This document shows, one piece after another, positions 1-6,457 of a DNA stretch of 11,109 nucleotides; position 1 is the first letter of the stretch; each line of letters begins with the position of its first letter. Below the pieces are notes generated by a model, which did not search any database, was not told the DNA's origin, and saw only the letters and a program-made list of their open reading frames with translations. The position numbers were made by a program, and so were the translations under genes. The stretch spans positions 1 through 11,109 of the forward strand of contig JANRIL010000018.1 of NCBI GenBank assembly GCA_033764955.1, in the 5' to 3' direction. The stretch is from Cyanobacteriota bacterium (GTDB taxonomy: Bacteria > Cyanobacteriota > Cyanobacteriia > Thermostichales > Thermostichaceae).

Positions 1-147
1 ATCTTGAGTCTCTCGATACTGTTTAAGCAACTTGTGGACTGTAGCAGGGCTCATCAGAAACTGTTGCGCCAGTTTGCGGATGGAGGTATTGCCGAGATGA
101 TAGGCTGCTACCACTTTCTTTCGGAGGTCAAGGGAATAACGGCTCAT
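1..147 (-). CDS. IS630-family transposase, N-terminal HTH part (runs off the window edge)
   Basis: Manual translation of the minus strand from ATG at 147: MSRYSLDLRKKVVAAYHLGNTSIRKLAQQFLMSPATVHKLLKQYRETQD. This matches the 'YSLDLR...SIRKLA..F' start typical of cyanobacterial IS630 transposases. Not in the ORF track. Confidence 0.85.
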   Translation of the reverse strand, partial: MSRYSLDLRKKVVAAYHLGNTSIRKLAQQFLMSPATVHKLLKQYRETQD

Positions 148-216
148 GCTGTCCCAAAACTCAACCTCTCTAACCTTAACTCATTCATGTTCTATGTAAA
201 TAACGAAAAAGCTGTA
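1..216 (-). mobile_element. Left end of an IS630-family insertion sequence, with probable TA target at 215-216
   Basis: The minus strand upstream of the transposase reads TA-CAGCTTTTTCGTTATTTACATAG. IS630 elements insert at TA, and FGE-like coding sequence begins exactly at this junction. The partner inverted repeat is outside the window. Confidence 0.7.
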
Positions 217-815
217 TGGGCAATTATCCTGTTGTGCATGTAGCCTATGAAGATGCTGAGTCCTACGCCAATTGGGCAGGTAAGCACTTGCCGACAGAAG
301 CACAGTGGGAGTATGCCGCTCGGGGAGGGGGATTCAATACGATCTTTACCTGGGGTAATCAATATTCCCCTCAGCAGGCAAACACATGGCAAGGGAAATT
401 TCCCTTCTTCAATCAACAACAAGACGGATTCGGAGGGATCTCTCCCGTAGGTTCGTTCCCTCCGAACGGATTTGGACTTTTTGATATGACTGGTAATGTA
501 TGGGAATGGACAGCCGATTGGTTTCGCATCGATCGGCGGGGGATGGAATATAGCTTTAATCCTTTAGGTACTAGCCGAGTAGAAAGTTACGATCCTAAAA
601 AACCTTGGGAGGAAGCGATGCATGTGATTAAAGGTGGGTCTTACCTTTGTGCTAAAAACTATTGCAGTCGCTATCGTCCTGGTGCTCGTGAATTTCAAGC
701 ATCCGACACAGGTACTAGCCACATTGGATTCAGGTTGGTTTCTGAGCCAAAACCAGCTTTAGGTGACGACCTTATTCATGTCTTAAATCGCGGTATCGGA
801 GGGAGCGATGATTGA
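216..815 (+). pseudogene. Formylglycine-generating enzyme (FGE-sulfatase/SUMF1 family), C-terminal 199 aa, 5'-truncated by the IS630 insertion
   Basis: Motifs PVVHVAYEDA, LPTEAQWEYAARGG, PNGFGLFDMTGNVWEW, KGGSYLCAKNYCSRYR (Cys pair) and HIGFR. The ORF starts mid-domain right at the IS end. Confidence 0.85.
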
Positions 816-1689
816 TTTTCTTCTGTCTAATTACATCCAAATAGTTGTTTTCTTGTTTCTTTTTACATTTCTCCTGTCCATAGCACTGGAGAAACCGAGG
901 CAGAAAATCCTGACTCTCATGAAATCAAGCCTGATGGGGCGATCGCTGGTTGCAAATTTTATTCTGCTGCCGATATTGGGTCTGATTTTGATTTGGTTGT
1001 TCAGGCTGACGCCCGAAATTTCTGTGGGCTTTATGATGGTTGCCCTTGCCCCCGGAGGAATGCTGGGTCTGCATTTTGCTCGCCTTGCCAAGGGCAATCT
1101 CGCCTACGCTGTGGGGCTGATTTTTCTGTTGTCGATCCTATCCATCGTTATTACACCAACTCTAATTTATCTGATTTTTCCTAGCATTGCCGCAAGGGAC
1201 GGATTTATTTTGTCACTCCTTGGTCGCCTGATGTTATTCATTATCCCCCCATTGCTAGTAGCACAGATCATTCAACATTGGCTAGCGTCGATCGCCACGA
1301 AAGTGCAAAAGCTATCTTCCTTTTTATCGATTGCTCTCTTCATTACATTGACGGTTGTCACATCTAGGTTCAAAGCTCTCGATATTCAAGCACTGGGATG
1401 GAATGGGTTGGCGGCGATCTTGGTGTTTATTGGGATGTCTTGGTTCGTAGGCTGGCAGATGGGTGGGCCGGAACTTGAAAATCGTAAAGTGTTGGCAATT
1501 ACAAGCAGCATGAGAAATGTGGCAATTTGCTTTTTAATTGCTACGAGCAGTGCGGTCAATCAAGATACTCAGTCAACGATGTTTGCGTTTAATGTGTTTC
1601 TGACTCCGATGAACCTAGTATTTTCTGAAGCCGTGAATCGGATTAAACCAAAGTCTGAAAAGGAGGAAAATCAAGCAGATGCTGATTAG
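808..1689 (+). CDS. Bile acid:sodium symporter (BASS/SBF) family transporter
   Basis: 293 aa with many hydrophobic segments. Motifs 'ANFILLP', 'ALAPGG...AKGNLAYAV', 'SIVITP' and 'LAITSSMRNVAI' are typical of the family. Overlaps the end of the FGE gene. Confidence 0.85.
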   Translation: MIDFLLSNYIQIVVFLFLFTFLLSIALEKPRQKILTLMKSSLMGRSLVANFILLPILGLILIWLFRLTPEISVGFMMVALAPGGMLGLHFARLAKGNLAYAVGLIFLLSILSIVITPTLIYLIFPSIAARDGFILSLLGRLMLFIIPPLLVAQIIQHWLASIATKVQKLSSFLSIALFITLTVVTSRFKALDIQALGWNGLAAILVFIGMSWFVGWQMGGPELENRKVLAITSSMRNVAICFLIATSSAVNQDTQSTMFAFNVFLTPMNLVFSEAVNRIKPKSEKEENQADAD

Positions 1690-1807
1690 TTCTATCTAGG
1701 GTTACTGTGCCGCAATGCCGTGATCCCCGACCTGTCCGCTGGCGTTATGACATTGCATATCCTAGACATTCTAATCAATGACGAAATCAACAATCTAGGA
1801 AAAACCA

Positions 1808-1929
1808 ATGATAAATCAATTTGAAGATCTGAGCCTTACAGTCCGCAATCTAAATTCTGTTACAGATTTGCTCAAATCTACGGGTATACAGACAACGTAT
1901 TTGACATCGAAGATAACTGTCGAGGCAGC
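1808..1929 (+). pseudogene. Frameshifted, truncated 5' copy of the Coq4-family gene at 2736
   Basis: MINQFEDLSLTVRNLNSVTDLLKSTG aligns with MLKQFEDLSRTVRNLNSVTELIKSVG. After a net 4-nt loss near 1886 the shifted frame reads TDNVFDIEDNCRGS versus TDSVFDVEDNFRGS, then similarity stops. The upstream ACAATCTAG...AAACCAATG is also shared. Confidence 0.85.
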
Positions 1930-2086
1930 TTCAAACGCTGGACAAGGAATCAAACTAGGGAGTTTTGCGATGGACAGAGAAATAGAAATTCAGGTCAGAA
2001 ATGAATACTTTTTGGCCGCGCACGCGCTTTCCCACTAAGTCGGCAACGTGCAAATATTTATTTGTCTTTCGCTACGGTCTTTCAAG

Positions 2087-2677
2087 ATGCAATTGATTAC
2101 TCTTGCCAAGTTTAGTCTCTGGTTACTAATTTCAATGGTGATTGACACGGCTTTCACTGGTACTCCGTCATCAGCTCAACCAGCAGCTGTTACTCAGACT
2201 GAGTCACAGACAGTATCCATGCCGATCAGCCAGCAGAATGATGAGACTTCAACACCAGAGCCCAGAAGAAGCTACATCGGAGTAGGAGCAACCATCGGAC
2301 TATCGGAGCCCGATGAAGCTGGTTTCCAAACTGGTTTGGGGAAAGGAGGGTTCTCAATCATTTCACGGGCTGGATTGACCGAAAACTTAGGTCTTCATAC
2401 AGTTGCTATTTTTGGCGATAAGTTTACGGGTAATCTTGCTTTCACGGTTCGGCTCCCTGTCAAATCTGGTGAATCTGGTAGCACCTTGTTTGAGCCTTTT
2501 ATTGGTCCTGGCGTCATCATTGAAGAAAGTGAAGTCAGTGCATTAGTTTCCACCGGAGCAGATATTCCCTTGAGCAAGGACTTTACAACAACAGCTCGAC
2601 TTAATATCGGTTTTCCTAACGGCAACACTGATGTAGGGATAATTGTTGGTCTGGGGTATAATTTTAAGCTGTTCTGA
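2087..2677 (+). CDS. Exported, probable outer-membrane beta-barrel protein of unknown function
   Basis: Signal-peptide-like N-terminus (ATG at 2087 preferred over GTG at 2048) and an S/T/Q-rich linker. Then alternating Gly/hydrophobic strands (SYIGVGATIGL, FEPFIGPGV, TARLNIGF, VGIIVGLGYNFKLF) ending in Phe. Confidence 0.65.
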   Translation: MQLITLAKFSLWLLISMVIDTAFTGTPSSAQPAAVTQTESQTVSMPISQQNDETSTPEPRRSYIGVGATIGLSEPDEAGFQTGLGKGGFSIISRAGLTENLGLHTVAIFGDKFTGNLAFTVRLPVKSGESGSTLFEPFIGPGVIIEESEVSALVSTGADIPLSKDFTTTARLNIGFPNGNTDVGIIVGLGYNFKLF

Positions 2678-2703
2678 AGCAGAAATAAAAAAAACACTAA
2701 GGC

Positions 2704-2718
2704 AATTGCAACCAATTA
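2704..2718 (+). repeat. 15-bp direct repeat AATTGCAACCAATTA, copy 1
   Basis: Exact second copy at 3565-3579. The two copies bracket the Coq4-family gene. Confidence 0.8.
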
Positions 2719-2735
2719 CAATCTAGAGTAAACCA

Positions 2736-3446
2736 ATGCTGAAGCAATTTGAAGATCTGAGCCGTACAGTCCGTAATCTAAATTCTGTTACAGAATTAAT
2801 CAAGTCGGTGGGTCAGAGTACTGACAGCGTATTTGATGTGGAAGATAACTTTCGGGGCAGTACTCAGATGAAACTCTGTGTGGATCGTGTCAGGGAAATC
2901 CCCGAAGCGCGTGCGATGATGGAAAGTCATTACATGGGGTCAGAGATCGATCTTGAAGGACTATCTCAATTGTCCCGCGGCACCCTGGGACATACTTATG
3001 CCACGGTGATGAAGGCACTGGGCTATGACCCAAATTTTTTCCGCCACGGCAAGATCGAAACGGATGAAGACTGGGTGATCATGCGCCTACGCAAAACCCA
3101 TGATATACACCATCTGGTAACGGGATTTGGACCCACAGGTGGAGAGCTAGGTGTGCTTTGTATTCAAGCAGCACAAATTGGTTATCCAGCGTTTGTTATG
3201 CTTCAGGTTGCTACAATCGGTTTAACGCTGAGGCAACAACCGGAAAGACTTCCACTTTTAACAAACCAAGCTGCGAGAGGCATGGGAATGGCAATCCAAA
3301 TGAAGCCGCTGATTGCTCAGCGATGGGAAGATGGTTGGGATAAAACAATGCGTCAATGGCGAGAGGACTTGAACATTACTGATCCAGTCATTGATGAACC
3401 CTACAGCCTCAAGAATCGCCTACCAAATCTGGATTTGGATTGGTAA
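2736..3446 (+). CDS. Coq4-family protein (ubiquinone biosynthesis COQ4-like, metal-binding)
   Basis: Motifs 'DLEGLSQLSRGTLGHTY', 'RLRKTHDIHHLVTGF...GE' (HDxxH..E) and 'RWEDGWDK...WREDLNI'. Confidence 0.85.
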   Translation: MLKQFEDLSRTVRNLNSVTELIKSVGQSTDSVFDVEDNFRGSTQMKLCVDRVREIPEARAMMESHYMGSEIDLEGLSQLSRGTLGHTYATVMKALGYDPNFFRHGKIETDEDWVIMRLRKTHDIHHLVTGFGPTGGELGVLCIQAAQIGYPAFVMLQVATIGLTLRQQPERLPLLTNQAARGMGMAIQMKPLIAQRWEDGWDKTMRQWREDLNITDPVIDEPYSLKNRLPNLDLDW

Positions 3447-3564
3447 CAATTCGGTCTTGATGCTTTTTTGTGATAGCGACAGAAATTCTGGGATCCTAGA
3501 CTCTTCCATTGCTGTAAGTGTGTGACGGTTTTGGCTTGACCGAACTCGCAAGACACGTAAAACA

Positions 3565-3579
3565 AATTGCAACCAATTA
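3565..3579 (+). repeat. 15-bp direct repeat AATTGCAACCAATTA, copy 2
   Basis: Identical to 2704-2718. Lies 6 bp from the PIN toxin stop codon. Confidence 0.8.
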
Positions 3580-3585
3580 AGGCAA

Positions 3586-4038
3586 TCATCGGAGAATAAC
3601 CTGAGAGGGATCTACAATCACCATTCCTTCTAGTGGAATGAAATCTCCTGAATTGAATGTCAGTAAATGCGTAACTTGGTGGACTTTCATCACAGCCTGC
3701 AACCGCACATCATGAACCCGTTTCCCTTTGATTTGATGAGTAGTCACATAATCTATCCAAAGGGGAAATATCGCTGGGGAGTCTTCCAATAGAAGAAATT
3801 CGTTCAGCACAGACCCTATTTCGCTGTTGGTATGTTCGACTGTCCAGCCCAGTCCATTGACCTCAAGAGGGCGGGTCGCCACCACCCAAAATTCGATTAA
3901 TACTTGGGCAGTAACAACACAGTCCCATCCCGTTTCCAAAAGGGAGGCCACTGCTTCCACCGCTTGATGATGGCGAGAAGAGGCCGGATCCGCCGCCCTG
4001 AGCAGGATGTTGGTATCCAATAAATAACGATGATTCAC
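3586..4038 (-). CDS. vapC: PIN-domain (VapC-like) toxin of a type II TA system
   Basis: YLLDTNILLR, QVLIEFW, VHDVRL and LLTFNSGDF supply the PIN acidic residues. The GTG start overlaps the upstream gene's stop (GTGA at 4035-4038). Confidence 0.9.
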   Translation of the reverse strand: MNHRYLLDTNILLRAADPASSRHHQAVEAVASLLETGWDCVVTAQVLIEFWVVATRPLEVNGLGWTVEHTNSEIGSVLNEFLLLEDSPAIFPLWIDYVTTHQIKGKRVHDVRLQAVMKVHQVTHLLTFNSGDFIPLEGMVIVDPSQVILR

Positions 4039-4304
4039 TCGTAGATCGACTCCCGTTGGAGTGCTGCATCGGGAATTTCTAGGGGTTGAGAGGGATGGCT
4101 AGCGGCCCACTGTCTCCATCGATGGGCTTTCTGACTTGGCTCGGATCCGGCTTCTCTATGAATAATTAAAGAGTTATCTGCTACTTGGATCCGATAGGTA
4201 GCTTTGGGGGGAGCGGATCCCAATAGTTCAGAGGGGATCAAGAGATCTCCTTGTTCATTCACCCTCAAGATCTGAGAAGTGTTCAATGCTCTAGGCTCAT
4301 TCAT
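4035..4304 (-). CDS. Putative antitoxin, AbrB/MazE-like N-terminus (89 aa)
   Basis: 'ILRVNEQGDLLIPSELLG...YRIQVADNSLII' is a swapped-hairpin-like pattern, and the acidic C-terminus is 'DAALQRESIYE'. Coupled to the PIN gene. ATG at 4304 is preceded by AGGGG and is preferred to the 4382 start. Confidence 0.7.
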   Translation of the reverse strand: MNEPRALNTSQILRVNEQGDLLIPSELLGSAPPKATYRIQVADNSLIIHREAGSEPSQKAHRWRQWAASHPSQPLEIPDAALQRESIYE

Positions 4305-4378
4305 GGTTATTCCCCTGATGACATAGTGGTTTTCAATGGGATGCCTCTCTCTTATTGTCGTGGGCGAAAAGGATGTAA

Positions 4379-5053
4379 TCAATCAGTACTAGCATTCACG
4401 CTCTCCCGGCAAGCTGGATCATCGTGGCTGGGACTATTGACCCTAGTGCTGACGGCATACGCACTCATATCAGGCAAGGGATAAGGCTTGAGCAATGGCA
4501 GGACAATATCGGGATCCTGAATCTTCGGATCCAGCCAGATCTCATACTCATGTGGATCCATGATCACAGGCATCCGGTCATGGATCCCGGCCATCAACTC
4601 ATTGGGAGCGGTGGTGATAATGGCACAGGATTGAATAATGTTCCCTGCCGGAGATTTCCAGGTTTCCCAGAGTCCGGCAAAGGCGAAAAGGGATCCGGTT
4701 TTGAGTCCGATGTGAAAGGGTTGCTTGCTTTTACCTTGACCTTTCCACTCATAAAATCCATCGGTAGGAATCAGACAACGGCGTTGGCGTAAAGCGGTTC
4801 TGAAGGTGGGCTTCTCTGCCAGTGTTTCGGCGCGAGCATTGAGCATCGGCTTCAGATCCTTCGCCCAACTTGGAATCAATCCCCATTGCCATGAGCGAAG
4901 GTGTCGCTTTCGGGTGTTTGGATCCTGAACCACTAATGAAATCGATTGCCCAGGGGCGATGTTGTAGCGAGGAGCAATGTCGGAAATTTCATCCAGTCCG
5001 AAGTGTTGAAATAGTTCTTGAGCCGTTGCTGCTAATCCAAATCGTCCGCACAT
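4379..5053 (-). CDS. SOS response-associated peptidase (SRAP; YedK/HMCES family abasic-site protection protein)
   Basis: N-terminal MCGRF, then PRYNIAP, WGLIPSW, NARAET, RRCLIP.DGFYEW, IHDRMPVI and VSTRVN. Confidence 0.95.
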   Translation of the reverse strand: MCGRFGLAATAQELFQHFGLDEISDIAPRYNIAPGQSISLVVQDPNTRKRHLRSWQWGLIPSWAKDLKPMLNARAETLAEKPTFRTALRQRRCLIPTDGFYEWKGQGKSKQPFHIGLKTGSLFAFAGLWETWKSPAGNIIQSCAIITTAPNELMAGIHDRMPVIMDPHEYEIWLDPKIQDPDIVLPLLKPYPLPDMSAYAVSTRVNSPSHDDPACRESVNASTD

Positions 5054-5057
5054 TGCC

Positions 5058-5375
5058 CTACCCCATAAAATGGATCCCTGCCGTCACCACTCCCCAGACC
5101 TCTACCTCAGATCCAGCTCGGATCCGCATCAGCCGTAATTCCCCTTCCACCACCGCCACGACGATGCGATTGGGTCTTGGCTCCAGCGACTTATCCACCA
5201 CCAAAATATCCTCCGGCCAGATCCCCGCTTCCACCATCGGATCCCCGGTTGCCCGCATGAAAAACGTTGCCGCCGGACGAGGCACCAGCAACCGATGCAG
5301 ATCAAGCGCCTTCTCAAGATAATCACCAGCCGGAGAAGGAAAGCCCGCCTCTGCCACCGGGAGCGTCACTAGCAT
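5058..5375 (-). CDS. UmuD-like S24-fold protein, shortened and lacking the Ser-Lys dyad (105 aa)
   Basis: AGFPSPAGDYLEKALDL, PAATFFMRATGDPM, DILVVDKSL and EVWGVVT. GDSM is changed to GDPM and VKR to LMR. ATG at 5375 has a GAGGTG ribosome-binding site, 7 bp after the repressor stop. Confidence 0.85.
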   Translation of the reverse strand: MLVTLPVAEAGFPSPAGDYLEKALDLHRLLVPRPAATFFMRATGDPMVEAGIWPEDILVVDKSLEPRPNRIVVAVVEGELRLMRIRAGSEVEVWGVVTAGIHFMG

Positions 5376-5382
5376 AGTCACC

Positions 5383-6030
5383 TCAATGGGAACGAAACGA
5401 CCACAACACCCGCCCAATCACGCCAAAATCCTCCGGCGGATCCCGCAGGTCGATCTGAAACGGCTCGTAGGCCGGATTATCGCTCACTACCTTCAACTGT
5501 CGCCCCGGCAATAAACTCAGCCGCTTGACCAGCAAGGATCCGTCCATTCGCAACACGCCAATCCCCTCCCGCACATCCCCTGGCTTGGTATCCACCAAAA
5601 TGATGTCGCCAGATCTCAGGGTTGGCTCCATGCTCTCCCCCCGCACATAGATCAAGTTCAACCCCTGCGGACTGGTGTGACACTGCGCCCGGATCCAACT
5701 CTCCTGAAAGGCAAACTCCCCTTGCAGATCCGCCTCCGCCAAACACATCCCCGACCCGGCACTAGCTGAGATGTCAAACAACGGGATCTTCACCAACGGA
5801 TCCGATTCCTCTGGGGCAGTCCGAAACATCGGCTCCTCCCCCGTTACCAGCCAATCTATGCTCACCCCCGCACATCGAGCAATTAAGGCCAATCGGTCAG
5901 CTGTCGGTTGGGATCCGCTCAGATATTTTCGCAGCGTGCTATCGGGCAACCCACAACGATGGGCAAAGTGAAACACCGCCTCCTCGCCCAACAGGATCCG
6001 TAGACGGTCTTGAATCGTTGACGTAGACAT
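5383..6030 (-). CDS. CI-like phage repressor (XRE-type HTH plus S24 autopeptidase)
   Basis: HTH 'FAHRCGLPDSTLRKYLSGSQP...GVSIDWLVTGE', cleavage site ASAG, catalytic VRGESMEP and LLVKRL, C-terminal VIGRV. Start is 6030 (ATG) or 6042 (GTG). Confidence 0.9.
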   Translation of the reverse strand: MSTSTIQDRLRILLGEEAVFHFAHRCGLPDSTLRKYLSGSQPTADRLALIARCAGVSIDWLVTGEEPMFRTAPEESDPLVKIPLFDISASAGSGMCLAEADLQGEFAFQESWIRAQCHTSPQGLNLIYVRGESMEPTLRSGDIILVDTKPGDVREGIGVLRMDGSLLVKRLSLLPGRQLKVVSDNPAYEPFQIDLRDPPEDFGVIGRVLWSFRSH

Positions 6031-6047
6031 GGGGATCCGCACGAAAC

Positions 6048-6143
6048 AGCTATTGACACTCTATCACTTAGAGAGACTAGACTCTTAGTATAGTGAGAGC
6101 AATACTACTATCTTTACAAGTAAAGCTGAGGATGTCAATAGCT
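6048..6143. promoter_or_regulatory. Divergent control region with 11-bp inverted repeat AGCTATTGACA (6048-6058) / TGTCAATAGCT (6133-6143), each arm holding a TTGACA -35 hexamer
   Basis: Seen directly. The matching -10 boxes are imperfect: TAGACT at 6078-6083 with a 19-bp spacer, and AAAGAT on the minus strand with a 17-bp spacer. Confidence 0.5.
6112..6125. promoter_or_regulatory. Palindromic operator candidate O1, CTTTACAAGTAAAG
   Basis: Dyad CTTTAC-AA-GTAAAG between the divergent repressor genes. Three identical copies are present in the window. Confidence 0.75.
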
Positions 6144-6157
6144 TTACAAGTAAAGCT
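6140..6157. promoter_or_regulatory. Palindromic operator candidate O2, AGCTTTACAAGTAAAGCT
   Basis: 8-bp arms around AA. Its core starts 30 bp after O1 and it ends 21 bp before the ner-like ATG. Confidence 0.75.
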
Positions 6158-6178
6158 CATCTAATCTGGCAGGCAATC

Positions 6179-6457
6179 ATGGATGTCAGGACAAAGGGGC
6201 TGAATCGAGAAGACATCAAAGCTGGGTTACGCAAGCTAGGGTTTCCGCTGTCTCTGGTGGCCAAAGAGCTGGGGGTGACTCGGCAGGCGGTGACGCTGGT
6301 GCTTTCTGGCACTCGTTCGGAGCGGATCGAGAAATGGATCGCCGAGAAACTGGAGCTGTCGCCTAAAGAGGTGTGGCCTGAACGGTATGACACTAGCTCC
6401 CTTTGGAGTAAGCAACTCACACTATCTGACTTTACAAGTAAAGCTGAGGACTTATGA
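6179..6457 (+). CDS. Ner/Nlp (SfsB)-like HTH transcriptional regulator (Cro equivalent)
   Basis: 'REDIKAGLRKLG..LS.VAKELGV...SERIEKWIAEKLELSPKEVWPERY' carries the Ner-family WPxRY signature. Divergent from the CI-like gene. Confidence 0.85.
   Translation: MDVRTKGLNREDIKAGLRKLGFPLSLVAKELGVTRQAVTLVLSGTRSERIEKWIAEKLELSPKEVWPERYDTSSLWSKQLTLSDFTSKAEDL
6430..6443. promoter_or_regulatory. Palindromic operator candidate O3 inside the ner 3' end, next to the primase RBS
   Basis: CTTTACAAGTAAAGCTGAGGA (6430-6450) is identical to 6112-6132. Its GAGGA precedes the ATG at 6454. Confidence 0.7.

Noticed and set aside
4..243. 79-aa plus-strand ORF, and overlapping ORFs at 192-422 and 247-450
   Set aside because: Shadows of the IS630 transposase and the FGE gene, with no recognisable motifs.
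1808..2038. 76-aa ORF as an intact gene
   Set aside because: Only the first 26 codons are in the Coq4-like frame. The rest follows a frameshift.
4322..4342. CATAGTGGTTTTCAATGGG resembling a cyanobacterial IS or MITE end
   Set aside because: No partner inverted repeat or transposase remnant nearby, and too short to support.
5383..6030. Host lexA gene
   Set aside because: The N-terminus is XRE/CI-like rather than the LexA winged helix, and the gene is divergent from a Ner-like gene.
6112..6450. CRISPR array, or LexA/NtcA boxes, as an explanation for the palindromes
   Set aside because: Only 14-21 bp with irregular spacing and no cas genes. The dyad does not match GTA-N8-TAC or the cyanobacterial LexA consensus.
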